Of a DNA stretch of 64,000 nucleotides, positions 29,845 through 40,153 are shown piece by piece. The first letter of the stretch is position 1; the number at the start of each line of letters is the position of its first letter. This DNA comes from a virus. A model generated the notes under the pieces. It was not told the DNA's origin. It did not search any database and saw only the letters and a list, made by a program, of their open reading frames with translations. The DNA lies in the IMG/VR virus record IMGVR_UViG_3300042482_000679; one strand, given 5' to 3'. The translations under genes were made by a program, and so were the position numbers.

Positions 29845-30900
29845 ATGGACCAATTACAAATTGACAAGGTAAAACAATCTATAGACAAACTTAGAGATAA
29901 GTCGTCTAAAATTTATTTCTTTGTGCACGACACAAAAGGAAATGCGAAAGCATCAATAAAATACATTTATGATATGGCGTTGACTCTTAAAAGAGGGGGT
30001 TACAACGCAATCATTCTTCACGAGAAGAAAGATTACACAGGAGTTTCAGGATGGTTGAATGAGGAGTATATGAATGAAATCCCTCATAAAGTTATTGAAG
30101 GTGAGAATATTGAAATTGCACCTGAAGACTTTTTGGTAATCCCTGAAATCTTTGGGTTTATGATGGACCAAGTTAAAAACTTACCTTGTGGTAAAATTGT
30201 ATTAACTCAGGGTTATTCATATATGTTGGAAACATTACAACCAGGTCAAACTTGGAATCAGTTTGGTTTCTTAAAATGTATCACCACAAGTGAAGTTCAA
30301 AAAGACTACATTCAAAAAGTTATGAGAGGTCAAACTTTTGATGTTATCGAACCATTTATTGAGGATTACTTCAAAAAGTCTGAAAGACTTCCGATGCCAA
30401 TTATCGGTGTTCACTCAAGAGAACAAGAAGATACAATTAACCTAATCAAAACTTTCTATTTGAGATTCCCTCAGTTTAGATGGTTTACGTTTAGAGATTT
30501 ACGTGGATTGAGTCAAGAACAATTCGCTAAGGCAATCTCAGAATGTTTCTTAACAGTTTGGATTGATAGAAACAGTGCTTACGGTACCTTCCCATTGGAG
30601 AGTATGAAATGTGGTGTTCCAACAATTGGTATCCAACCAAACTTGAAACCTGAGTGGATGAATGAAACTAATGGTGTGTGGATTAAGGACGAAACTTTAC
30701 TACCTGAATTAATTGCCGATTGGTCTCAACATTGGTTAGAAGATGACATTTCAGAAGATGTCCTTAAAAATTTAGATATAACAATCGAACCTTTACCAAA
30801 TAAAGAGTCGTTTCAAAATAAAGTGATAGAAGTGTTCTCGGGATACCTTAATACCAGAGCAGAATCTATGGAAGAACAAATCTCAAAATTCGCAGAATAA
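29845..30900 (+). CDS. GT-B-fold glycosyltransferase-like protein
   Basis: LVIPE; SAYGTFPLESMKCGVP resembles the GT4 E-x7-E region. Confidence 0.6.
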   Translation: MDQLQIDKVKQSIDKLRDKSSKIYFFVHDTKGNAKASIKYIYDMALTLKRGGYNAIILHEKKDYTGVSGWLNEEYMNEIPHKVIEGENIEIAPEDFLVIPEIFGFMMDQVKNLPCGKIVLTQGYSYMLETLQPGQTWNQFGFLKCITTSEVQKDYIQKVMRGQTFDVIEPFIEDYFKKSERLPMPIIGVHSREQEDTINLIKTFYLRFPQFRWFTFRDLRGLSQEQFAKAISECFLTVWIDRNSAYGTFPLESMKCGVPTIGIQPNLKPEWMNETNGVWIKDETLLPELIADWSQHWLEDDISEDVLKNLDITIEPLPNKESFQNKVIEVFSGYLNTRAESMEEQISKFAE

Positions 30901-30901
30901 T

Positions 30902-31708
30902 ATGGAAGAAAAATTAAATTTATCAGTAATCCTACCCATCAAATCATCATTAGCATTAAATTTTGATGAGTATTTTAATAAAGCAATTACTTCATTAAAA
31001 AACCAAATGGTTGGTTTTGAAGAATTAATCATTGTTAGTTCAAATGAAGAACAACTAAAGTCTTACTTAGAATCATTTGATTTTGGTGACTTGAATGTTG
31101 TAAAATTAAATTACGATGGTGAACCAAATTATTCATCACAAATTAATTATGGTGTATCACAAGCCAAGGGTGAATGGATTTCATTTTTTGAATTTGATGA
31201 CGAATACGCATCAATTTGGTTTAAAAATGTTTTAAAGTATTCAAAATCATATCCTGAAGTACAAGCTTTCTTACCTGTAGTTGTTGATGTTGATGATAAA
31301 GAAGTTTTTGCTGGTTTCACAAATGAAGCGGTATTTGCCGCAAACTTCTCACAAGAAATGGGATATTTGACAAATGATATTCTACAAGATTATCAAAACT
31401 TCCAAAGCTCAGGTATGGTAATTAAAAAGAGCGTTGTCGAAGAGTTTGGTGGTTTTAAATCTTCAATCAAACTTACATTCGTATACGAATTTTTACTTAG
31501 AATGACATACAATTCGGTATCTATTATGACAATCCCAAGATTAGGATACAAACATACAAATATGAGAACAGGTTCATTGTTTTGGAACTACAAGTTTAGT
31601 GATGAGAAAATGGTTGAGGATGAGGTTAAGTTTTGGGTCCAAACAGCTAAAAAAGAATATTTCTTCTCAAATGATAGAACCATAAAGTATGAGAGTCAAA
31701 ATGGATAA
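30902..31708 (+). CDS. GT2-like glycosyltransferase
   Basis: LSVILP, INYGV..AKGEWISFFEFDD. Confidence 0.7.
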   Translation: MEEKLNLSVILPIKSSLALNFDEYFNKAITSLKNQMVGFEELIIVSSNEEQLKSYLESFDFGDLNVVKLNYDGEPNYSSQINYGVSQAKGEWISFFEFDDEYASIWFKNVLKYSKSYPEVQAFLPVVVDVDDKEVFAGFTNEAVFAANFSQEMGYLTNDILQDYQNFQSSGMVIKKSVVEEFGGFKSSIKLTFVYEFLLRMTYNSVSIMTIPRLGYKHTNMRTGSLFWNYKFSDEKMVEDEVKFWVQTAKKEYFFSNDRTIKYESQNG

Positions 31709-32460
31709 TGCTAGAGGTTCTATCAGCTACAACAGAAGAGTCCACCGCAAAAAAACGCGGTAGGAAATCTACAGGTCAAACTACGAATTATTTTGACGTA
31801 AGGGAAGAAGAGGCTGTTAAAAGTTTTCTTTTAGCGGAAACGCAAGAAGAAAAAAATAGAATTTATAACGAATTTCTACGTATGCCATTGGATAAAATGA
31901 TATCCTCAATTATACGTAGATACAAACTTTATAGAAAAGATATGGATTTCAGGGAAATCCATAACGATACTCATTCATTCTTAATGACAAAAGTTGATAA
32001 GTTTAAGCCTTCTAAAAATAAGAAGGCTTATTCATATTTTGGGACTATTTGTAAGAATTATTTGATGGGTCAAATAATTAAAGACCAAAAAGAAACTAAT
32101 CGTAAAGTTTCTTATGAAGACATATCAACCTCATTAGAAGAAAGAGCTGATATGATATATCATATTGATACCGAAGTCGTTGAAACTGATTTTGTGATAA
32201 AAAAATATTTGGACGAACTTAGAGGATTTATTGAAGAAGATTCTTTAAGTCATAGTGAGGTTAAACTAGGTTACGCCCTTATTGATTTATTTGAAAACTA
32301 TGAAGAGATATTTTCAGGTACAGACAATAATAAATTCAATAAAAACATTATTTTACTCTCTTTAAGAGAGATGACAAATCTTTCAACAAAAGAGATTAGA
32401 AACTCAATGAAAAAGTTTAAAAAACTTTATGTTGTGGTGCAAGGTAGAATAAAAACTTAA
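31708..32460 (+). CDS. Phage sigma factor, T4 gp55-like (late transcription)
   Basis: KFKPSKNKKAYSYFGTICKNY resembles sigma region 2.3-2.4; small size; precedes structural genes. Confidence 0.65.
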   Translation: MLEVLSATTEESTAKKRGRKSTGQTTNYFDVREEEAVKSFLLAETQEEKNRIYNEFLRMPLDKMISSIIRRYKLYRKDMDFREIHNDTHSFLMTKVDKFKPSKNKKAYSYFGTICKNYLMGQIIKDQKETNRKVSYEDISTSLEERADMIYHIDTEVVETDFVIKKYLDELRGFIEEDSLSHSEVKLGYALIDLFENYEEIFSGTDNNKFNKNIILLSLREMTNLSTKEIRNSMKKFKKLYVVVQGRIKT

Positions 32461-32477
32461 GAAAAATATTTATAGGT

Positions 32478-32849
32478 ATGCCAAGACCACAAAAAAAAGA
32501 GATTAATCTTACAAAAGAGTCAATGTTGTCTCTTATGCAAGAAATTTATAACGAAATTGTTGAGCAACGTAACACAGCAATTAGGATACAAAATAAAATG
32601 TTATCAATGATGAAGGAAGCATCAGATATGCAAAAATTAGGTCCTGTCATTGAAAAACAACAAAAAATTATAAACGACTGTGTAGAAAAAAAGTTAACAC
32701 TTTCAAAACTACAAGCAGGAATTTGGGAGAAGTCGTCATCAAATCAAGAATCATTTTCTTTATCTGATATGGACGATGAATTGATGCGTTCACTTATTGA
32801 TAGAGATTCTGACATCGATGATGATGAACCCACATACAAAATGAAATAA
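32478..32849 (+). CDS. Coiled-coil protein (possibly terminase small subunit-like)
   Basis: Helical coiled coil with acidic tail; TATTTATA at 32467-32474. Function is a guess. Confidence 0.4.
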   Translation: MPRPQKKEINLTKESMLSLMQEIYNEIVEQRNTAIRIQNKMLSMMKEASDMQKLGPVIEKQQKIINDCVEKKLTLSKLQAGIWEKSSSNQESFSLSDMDDELMRSLIDRDSDIDDDEPTYKMK

Positions 32850-32850
32850 T

Positions 32851-34989
32851 ATGCCGTATGACGTTTCAAATATATCACCAGATTTAACTGATGGGTACAA
32901 AAGTATCCAATCACAAATAGGTGCTTTTGGGGCATATACACAAGCAACTACATCACAAAAAGAAGTTTCATCTACGAAAGGTAATTCAGATGCACAAGGG
33001 ACTAATGCAATTGCACAACAACTCAATAGTGTCACTGAAGGACAGAAAGCGTTTCAAAGAAACGTACCAACAAGTTACGACCAACTCTTAAAATTAATTA
33101 AAAGTTCGGCAAACGCAAATTCACAAGGTCAGGGTGGTCTTGAAACAACTAGAGCACTAAGAAAAATATTATTGGATGCGGTATTCAAGATGGAACCGTA
33201 TGTTGCAAAAGTTATTGCAGATGAAGCGTTTAAAGCTTTAGGTTGTGCACAACAACAAACTTACCCATCTATTTCACAGACAGTATTAGATTCCTTACCA
33301 AGCTTATCTACATTACCGGCAAACGAATCAATTTATGTTAACTTAGAAGAAATTGATTTTTTTGGTAGTTTGAAGGTTAAACCAAATTCATTAGTTGGTC
33401 GAATATATTACGAAACAACAGGATTTACACAACTATCACCATACATAAACTATAGTGGAGCTAAAAAGTTCCCAATGAATTTTGAGCTACAAAATAGAAC
33501 TCAAAATTTAAATCAAACTTTTAAGTATGAATATGACTTACCTTATTACGGTAAATCAAATACAAATCTTTGGGATTTTGAATACGTTAAACAAAATGAT
33601 ATTGGGGCAACTGGAGATTATCTTAGGATGTTTTTATTACAGAGACCTGATAAGAGTGGACAGTATGTTCCCCCTCCAACAACAGGAAGTACATTAAAAT
33701 ACTCGGCAAATACGATAGTTGATTCTTTGGGTGATTATTACCAATCTATCAAGGTATTTGATAGTAGGGTTTTTGCTGCAAACTTAATAAATTTATTAAC
33801 GGGTTCTCTTTCCGTAGATTTAACATCAACTCAGGTTGAGGAGCAATCTAAATTTATATTAATTTTAAATAGGATTTTTGGTTTATGTGAGTCGGGTCCT
33901 AAAGAAATTGATGTTGCAGGAACATCAAAAATATCTGAATACGATAATATTGGTGATGAGTTTTTTGAATTTAATGAGGTAGATAATAACAATATTAATC
34001 AGTTTGTTAATGACGCCTTAAATGGTGTCGTGACATTCGTAGAATGTAATAATATCAATGTTCCTGTAAACAATCAGGTTATTTTAGAACAATTAACTCA
34101 AATAAATGATGACTTAAGTGTTAATGAACAAGTTGATTTACTTGAAGGTATTTTAGATTCAATTGTAGACAATTGGGAAAATACTTTTCCAGGAGTAGGG
34201 TTAAATGAGGCTTGGTTACAAAATATTTTACAGAAACTTCCTGTTGCGTTATTAGCGTCAATTTTTACACCAAAAGTTTTACTCCCTCTTTTTACATTTA
34301 AATCTGTACTAGAAAATCAAATTTTAGGGTTTGCAAATGAAATTATTCAATCAGGAAACAGTATTGTAATTTCAGGAAACTCATCAATCGCGTCTGCAAA
34401 TACAATCAATGATATTGTAAGTTCACAAGTTGCAAGTGGTGTTGATTTTGCAAGAAAATTTAAAAAATTTGTGTTCGGAGTTGTTGCCGCAGTTGCCGAA
34501 AAATTCTTAGAAATATTATTTGAGGAACTAAAAAAGAATCTACTTAGAATAGTTAAGTTAATACTCAAAGACATATATCGAACAACTAAAGATAAAAGAG
34601 TTTTGATTATTCAATCATTGTTAGAAGCGGGCGAATTTATTGTTCAAACAGTTGTTAATTACCGAGAATGTAAATCATTAGTTGGTGCGATTCAAAAAAT
34701 ATTAAAACTGATTAATAAAAAGTTACCAGGTACAGGAATTAATAAAGCACTTCTAGCTTTTGCGGATGCGTTACCAGGTTTCTCACCTGAAAGGGCGGCA
34801 ATAAATGCTATAGAATCTATGCAGGGATATGGATTACGAACAGGACCAACACCAGATGGTCAACCAAATAAAATGACATTTTACCAAATTGCAACACAAA
34901 AAGGTTTAAGCGTTGAGGACGCTAAAAATGGTGTTGTTGATATTGGTATTAGTGTAATAACAGGACTACCAATTGGAAAATCTCGATGA
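32851..34989 (+). CDS. Large hypothetical virion/baseplate protein
   Basis: 712-aa ORF in a late operon upstream of a gp5-like gene. Confidence 0.5.
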   Translation: MPYDVSNISPDLTDGYKSIQSQIGAFGAYTQATTSQKEVSSTKGNSDAQGTNAIAQQLNSVTEGQKAFQRNVPTSYDQLLKLIKSSANANSQGQGGLETTRALRKILLDAVFKMEPYVAKVIADEAFKALGCAQQQTYPSISQTVLDSLPSLSTLPANESIYVNLEEIDFFGSLKVKPNSLVGRIYYETTGFTQLSPYINYSGAKKFPMNFELQNRTQNLNQTFKYEYDLPYYGKSNTNLWDFEYVKQNDIGATGDYLRMFLLQRPDKSGQYVPPPTTGSTLKYSANTIVDSLGDYYQSIKVFDSRVFAANLINLLTGSLSVDLTSTQVEEQSKFILILNRIFGLCESGPKEIDVAGTSKISEYDNIGDEFFEFNEVDNNNINQFVNDALNGVVTFVECNNINVPVNNQVILEQLTQINDDLSVNEQVDLLEGILDSIVDNWENTFPGVGLNEAWLQNILQKLPVALLASIFTPKVLLPLFTFKSVLENQILGFANEIIQSGNSIVISGNSSIASANTINDIVSSQVASGVDFARKFKKFVFGVVAAVAEKFLEILFEELKKNLLRIVKLILKDIYRTTKDKRVLIIQSLLEAGEFIVQTVVNYRECKSLVGAIQKILKLINKKLPGTGINKALLAFADALPGFSPERAAINAIESMQGYGLRTGPTPDGQPNKMTFYQIATQKGLSVEDAKNGVVDIGISVITGLPIGKSR

Positions 34990-35192
34990 CAGAAGAAGAA
35001 TTTAAAATTATGATTGAAAGTTCTAAAGACGTTGATAAATTATCCAATAAGTCTTTAGAAACTAATATGGACAAACTTGCAACAGAGTTTGAAGATACTA
35101 AAAAAAACATTATTAATATGACATACTACTTAGATAGAGTTGAGCAACTTTATGACGTTATGTTAAAAGAACACAAGAAAAGAAACGGATAA
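34986..35192 (+). CDS. Small coiled-coil protein
   Basis: Overlapping start/stop with neighbours. Confidence 0.6.
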   Translation: MTEEEFKIMIESSKDVDKLSNKSLETNMDKLATEFEDTKKNIINMTYYLDRVEQLYDVMLKEHKKRNG

Positions 35193-36697
35193 TGGCAAGG
35201 TTATGGTATTACGCTAAAGTTGTTGACAATCAAGACCCTTTAAATCTTGGTCGTGTACGTGCACAAATTTTAACAGATGATACGGAAGCGATTAGACAAT
35301 CTGTAGAAGATTTTAATGTTGTAACGGATGCTTGGTCAGAAAAAGACCCATTTGTTTTTAACAGTTTATTACCAATATACATTTGGTCCGTTCCAAAAGT
35401 AGATGAACTTCTACAAATTTACTACCACGATACTGATGACTCTCAGTTTTTAAACGCGTACTACATACAAGGTCCTTTCTCAAGAATTCAAAATATTGTT
35501 TTAGAAAATTACGCTCAATCTGAAAGATATGGAGATATTAGAGGTATCAGATTAAATGGGTCAAAGTTTATTAGAAACACGGATGGTAGTTTTAAGAATC
35601 CTGACCCAAATGGAGTATTCCCCGACCCAGGAGATGTTGCAGTTATGGGTAGAGGGTCAACAGATTTAGTTTTAAAAGAAAACGAATTATTACTTAGAGC
35701 CGGGAAATACAAAGGAGAATTAGTTGGTGATAAAGACCCTGTCGGTAATAAAAACAGAGCCTTTTTACAACTATCAAAATTTGACACATCAAAGATTAAA
35801 GAGGCTCAAAAAACATTCTTCGAGATTAAGGAATCTAACCCCCAAGTTAAGTATCTTATTGAGTATATTATTAATAACCCCGAAAACTCATTACCAAACC
35901 CGATTTATAATGGTGTTTGTCGACTTTACAAATTAGTCCCTTCAGAAAGAACGTTAGCAAAGGCATTAAAGGTTGATTCAAATATTGAGGATTTAAAGGT
36001 TCTTGTTGCCCAAGAAAAGTTTACCAATTTAGAAGGAACACAACAAGTGATTGATTTTATTAACTTATTCATTCAAACTTGTAACTCTAAAAGAAAAACC
36101 GCAAGTGGTGTTGAATTGTTTGGTGTTTTAGAACAAAGATTTCCAATCTACTTTAGACCCGCACCATTTTTCTATACTCAAATGAGTGCCGGTAATTTTC
36201 AGACTCAAAGAACTTTATCAACCATATATCAAAAGATTAAGTTGAATCAAAACAACTCAGTTGGTGGTTATGGTTTAATATACGAACAGTCTAAAGTTGG
36301 TGTTCCTATTAAATTAATCAAAAATGTTGTTGAAGGTTTTAAAACTACAGGATTACCATCAACATTCGCGGCATTAGGGGGGAACAAAATTTATCTATTG
36401 TCTCAAACCTCTCAAATACCGGGTAAAAAGAAAATCAATTTTGATAATAGTCTCTATGGTATTGATGAAACTAAGTTTGTTACTGAGATTGACCCAAATA
36501 CCTCAAGTTTAGTTAGGGGTGAAGAGTTATTAGAGTTTTTGAATCAAATTGTTAGGTTCTTAATTTCACATACTCACGCTTATCCTGGTGAACCACCTTG
36601 TGTTGTTACAGAAGACGGTTCTACTGTTTCTGCAGTTCTTACAGCAAATAATGAAGCTCCATCCAAAGTTCTTAACCAGAATATTCGACTGAATTGA
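35192..36697 (+). CDS. Baseplate hub/spike protein, gp5-like OB-fold
   Basis: AKVVDNQDPLNLGRVRA, VPKVDE; C-term LVRGEEL...SHTH. Confidence 0.7.
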   Translation: MARLWYYAKVVDNQDPLNLGRVRAQILTDDTEAIRQSVEDFNVVTDAWSEKDPFVFNSLLPIYIWSVPKVDELLQIYYHDTDDSQFLNAYYIQGPFSRIQNIVLENYAQSERYGDIRGIRLNGSKFIRNTDGSFKNPDPNGVFPDPGDVAVMGRGSTDLVLKENELLLRAGKYKGELVGDKDPVGNKNRAFLQLSKFDTSKIKEAQKTFFEIKESNPQVKYLIEYIINNPENSLPNPIYNGVCRLYKLVPSERTLAKALKVDSNIEDLKVLVAQEKFTNLEGTQQVIDFINLFIQTCNSKRKTASGVELFGVLEQRFPIYFRPAPFFYTQMSAGNFQTQRTLSTIYQKIKLNQNNSVGGYGLIYEQSKVGVPIKLIKNVVEGFKTTGLPSTFAALGGNKIYLLSQTSQIPGKKKINFDNSLYGIDETKFVTEIDPNTSSLVRGEELLEFLNQIVRFLISHTHAYPGEPPCVVTEDGSTVSAVLTANNEAPSKVLNQNIRLN

Positions 36698-36722
36698 TAT
36701 TTATAATAAAATACTTATTTAA

Positions 36723-38231
36723 ATGTCTATCTTAAGGTCATATTTCTCAAAGAACGATACTATAATATCAAATCTTTATACCAATACTGCTCGTAACCCA
36801 GTTGCTGAATTAAACTTTGGTGCTTCGGATTTAATTGTACCCAACTTTGGTTTTACACGTTTTTTATTTGACCTTGATTTAACTTATCTTGAAGAACAAA
36901 TTGCTTCAGGTGTTATATCAACAGGTTGTACCACAGGTATGACTCACGTTTTAAATATGGTTAATACTTCATCGTTTGAAGATGACTTGATTAATACCAA
37001 TATGACAAATGGTAGAAAAAGAGCAACATCATTTGATTTAATTCTTTTTAGAATACCAAAATACTCAGGAAGTACAGGTGAACCTCAAGTATGGGATGAA
37101 GGTGTTGGGTTTGATTATAATGATTACGCATTAACTAAGAATGGTGTTAGTGGTCAATTATCTGTCATCCAACAAAACAATAACTCAGCCTTTTCAACAA
37201 GACCAACAAACTGGTATCAAAGAAGTACACTTAAGAATTGGTCAGTACCTGGTTTATATGACAATAGAAACACTTTAACAAGTTTGACGGGGTGTAACTA
37301 CTCTGCGTTAACAATCGTTGACGTACAACACTTTGAATTGGGTAATGAAGATGCAAGTTTTGATATGACTAATGAAATCAACAGTATTTTAAATGGTACG
37401 TTGACAGGTGTCACAGGATGGGGAATTGCTTATGTCCCTGATATTGAGAATATTACAGGTTTAACTGAGAGTTATAGTGTTGCGTTCTTTTCAAAATACA
37501 CACAAACATTCTACCAACCATATCTTCAAACAACCTATAATGATTTGATTAAGGATGATAGAAATTTATTCTTACAAAATCAGACAAATAAGTTATACTT
37601 ATATGTTTATCAAAACGGTGATTTTGTAAACTTAGATAATTTACCAACAGTATCTATTGAGGACTCTGCAGGAGATTTAGTTGTTACAGGATTGTCAACT
37701 TGTTTGATTACAAAGGGTATTTATGAAGTCACGGTTCCTAACGCCTTTTCAGCATACACAACACCTTGTATGTTCTATGATGTGTGGTCTAACTTAACAA
37801 TTAATGGACAACCCATTCCAAACATAACCAATGAATTTGTTTTAAGACCTTATACGTCAGGAATTCAGATAGGAACCCTATCCAAAGAACCTGAAAAATT
37901 TGGGTTTAGTTATTATGGTATTTTACAAAATGAAAAAATACTTAATACTGAAATTAGAAAAATTGGTGTAATCGCCAAAAAACTTTGGTCGTCACAGACT
38001 TTATTGATGGACATTGATGTTTACTATAGAGTTTACGTAAAAGAAGGTACCACTGAGGTTATCGTCCAAGATTGGACTCCTGTAAATAGAACCCCTAACG
38101 AATATTATTTCATCTTTGATATGAGAGACAAAATACCAAATGAATATTTTGTGGACATAAGGGTAAACACAAGTGGTGAGAAAGATATTTATAAAGACAC
38201 ATTACAATTCCAAATAGTAAACAAAAAATGA
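36723..38231 (+). CDS. Virion structural protein (beta-rich)
   Basis: Beta-rich composition; TATTTATA upstream. Confidence 0.55.
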   Translation: MSILRSYFSKNDTIISNLYTNTARNPVAELNFGASDLIVPNFGFTRFLFDLDLTYLEEQIASGVISTGCTTGMTHVLNMVNTSSFEDDLINTNMTNGRKRATSFDLILFRIPKYSGSTGEPQVWDEGVGFDYNDYALTKNGVSGQLSVIQQNNNSAFSTRPTNWYQRSTLKNWSVPGLYDNRNTLTSLTGCNYSALTIVDVQHFELGNEDASFDMTNEINSILNGTLTGVTGWGIAYVPDIENITGLTESYSVAFFSKYTQTFYQPYLQTTYNDLIKDDRNLFLQNQTNKLYLYVYQNGDFVNLDNLPTVSIEDSAGDLVVTGLSTCLITKGIYEVTVPNAFSAYTTPCMFYDVWSNLTINGQPIPNITNEFVLRPYTSGIQIGTLSKEPEKFGFSYYGILQNEKILNTEIRKIGVIAKKLWSSQTLLMDIDVYYRVYVKEGTTEVIVQDWTPVNRTPNEYYFIFDMRDKIPNEYFVDIRVNTSGEKDIYKDTLQFQIVNKK

Positions 38232-38707
38232 AAACAGTAAGACTTTCAGAAACAGAACTAACTAACCTAATAAAAAAAGTTTTAGGTGAAGATAAGGATA
38301 TGAGAAGTAACAGATATATGTTCTTTTCTAATTTAGAACAAATGAAAAGACAATGTGAGCTTCTTTTGGAGCTAGACGAAGACACTATCACAGAAATTCT
38401 TAACAATGGACACGACTGGGCTGATGACCATATAACAGAATCCAAAAACAATTTAGACCAAGTTTTTGATTTTATGATGAATGAAATCAATGGTGAGGGG
38501 GAAGATATGGAATACGACGAGTATGAATATGTTAACGAAGGTCGTAAAAAGACAGGGACTAAGTTATGTGCTCGTGGTAAAGCTGCTGCCAAATCAAAAT
38601 TTGATGTTTACCCTTCAGCATACGCTAATGGATACGCGGTCCAAGTCTGTAAGGGAAAACAACCTGGACTTGACGGTAAAAAAAGATGTTCAGGAACCTA
38701 CTGTTAA
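38228..38707 (+). CDS. Hypothetical protein with acidic middle and basic Cys-containing PSAYANG domain
   Basis: KFDVYPSAYANGYAVQVC; N-term RLSETELTNLIKKVL. Confidence 0.65.
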   Translation: MKTVRLSETELTNLIKKVLGEDKDMRSNRYMFFSNLEQMKRQCELLLELDEDTITEILNNGHDWADDHITESKNNLDQVFDFMMNEINGEGEDMEYDEYEYVNEGRKKTGTKLCARGKAAAKSKFDVYPSAYANGYAVQVCKGKQPGLDGKKRCSGTYC

Positions 38708-38756
38708 TTTTTTTATTCAAAAACTTTCATTATATTTGTAGTCAATAAACGAGACT

Positions 38757-39161
38757 ATGAGTACATTACTACACAAACTAAAACGTTTCATCCAAAAGAG
38801 TGCAATTAAAGCAATTCGGGTTTCTACACCACCACAAGAGAAATCTGAATATGAGAGAGATGCTATTAATATTTGTAAAAGACTAATAGCAAAACCTGAA
38901 AGTTTGTTATTACTAACCCCAATATCGTCTAAAAGATATATTAAAAACGATGCCTCAGGTATCTTTGTAATTTTAGAAGGTCGAAGTATCAAAGTAATAA
39001 ATCACGTATACTCTTACGTAGTATTTTTAGAAGACAAATCTTGGAATCAGTTAACTTCATTGTTTGATAATGAAGTTGAAAGCCGTAGAGAGGAATTTGA
39101 AAAGGAGATAACTGCAAATATTCGTCATTCACTCCAAACAATTTATAAGAATATAAAATGA
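38757..39161 (+). CDS. Hypothetical protein
   Basis: ORF with TATATTTG host-type -7 box upstream. Confidence 0.65.
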   Translation: MSTLLHKLKRFIQKSAIKAIRVSTPPQEKSEYERDAINICKRLIAKPESLLLLTPISSKRYIKNDASGIFVILEGRSIKVINHVYSYVVFLEDKSWNQLTSLFDNEVESRREEFEKEITANIRHSLQTIYKNIK

Positions 39162-39478
39162 AACAGTTTAAAAGTTTATTTGTATATGGTTTGATTGGAT
39201 ATCTATTTATCTCATCAATAGTTATTCTACTTACGTATAACGTATTACTTTATTTTGGTAAAGGTGGTAGAAAACCTATCACTAAAACTATTGAGGAAAA
39301 ACCTTATGTTTTTGATGATGAATCTAAAAAACCATTAAAAAATGATAGTAATAATACTGTCAAAATTCAAAAACAAACACCTAAAGTTATTCCGCAAGTT
39401 GTCCCACAAGTCAAAGATTCCTTTAAAGAAAGTAATGATAGTATTGTTAACCCTGTCGATTCTTTAAAGACTCCTTAA
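39158..39478 (+). CDS. Hypothetical membrane protein
   Basis: N-terminal hydrophobic segment. Confidence 0.6.
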   Translation: MKQFKSLFVYGLIGYLFISSIVILLTYNVLLYFGKGGRKPITKTIEEKPYVFDDESKKPLKNDSNNTVKIQKQTPKVIPQVVPQVKDSFKESNDSIVNPVDSLKTP

Positions 39479-39851
39479 GAACATTTAAAATAGTATTTCT
39501 AAGACTTTCATTTTTTTTAGTCTTATAGGACACCATAGTTGGTTTATTACCCTTACCAACTTTTGGGTCCTTTTTTTCCGCACGTCTTTTTTGTGCACAG
39601 GCAGCTTTTTTCTGTGCATCTGTCATTTTAGACGCTACTCCCGCCGCACGACATTTTGGATATCCTTTAGGGTCAGCATCAGGTCTACCACAAGGTGGAT
39701 GACCTCCACCTTCTTTTTTTCTACAAATATTAACCCAAGGACCTTTAGGTTGCTTAGAACCTTTTGGTTTTTTCTTAGTACCAAACCAAACCGCTAAATC
39801 TTCGTTTAACATTTTTTCGTAATTAGAATCTCTTCCCGCTTGTAATTTCAT
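39447..39851 (-). CDS. Basic Cys-containing hypothetical protein
   Basis: LAVWF, WVNIC, PCGR, YPKC; TATTTATA upstream. Confidence 0.7.
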   Translation of the reverse strand: MKLQAGRDSNYEKMLNEDLAVWFGTKKKPKGSKQPKGPWVNICRKKEGGGHPPCGRPDADPKGYPKCRAAGVASKMTDAQKKAACAQKRRAEKKDPKVGKGNKPTMVSYKTKKNESLRNTILNVLKESLKNRQG

Positions 39852-39881
39852 AAAAAATATCTTATTATTATAAATATCACT

Positions 39882-40106
39882 ATGGAAGATAATTTCGAAA
39901 ATACAGAACCTATTGGGGAATTGTTTGGTAATGTTTTATACAGAACCAATGAACAATTAAATGATTTAATTGATAATTTGGATGAAGAGCAGGCATACAT
40001 TATGATGAAGTTTGCCTGTGAAAAGGCGTTATACGCGGGTATCTTTACATTACCCGAAACCGAAATACTACTTAAATCTTTACGGAAAACACATAAGTTA
40101 GGATAA
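39882..40106 (+). CDS. Hypothetical protein
   Basis: 74-aa ORF ending at the bidirectional terminator. Confidence 0.55.
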   Translation: MEDNFENTEPIGELFGNVLYRTNEQLNDLIDNLDEEQAYIMMKFACEKALYAGIFTLPETEILLKSLRKTHKLG

Positions 40107-40135
40107 AAAAAAAAGGGGACCATTGGTCCCCTTTC
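40104..40135. terminator. Intrinsic terminator downstream of the capsid gene
   Basis: AAAGGGGACC-ATT-GGTCCCCTTT with A-tract on the left. Confidence 0.9.
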
Positions 40136-40153
40136 TGTTAGATTTGAGTTTGA

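Noticed and set aside
13911-31708. Bacterial LPS/capsule locus or host contamination
   Set aside because: No wzx/wzy/transport genes; interleaved with dUTPase, PhoH and sigma factor; continuous composition and gene packing with capsid genes.
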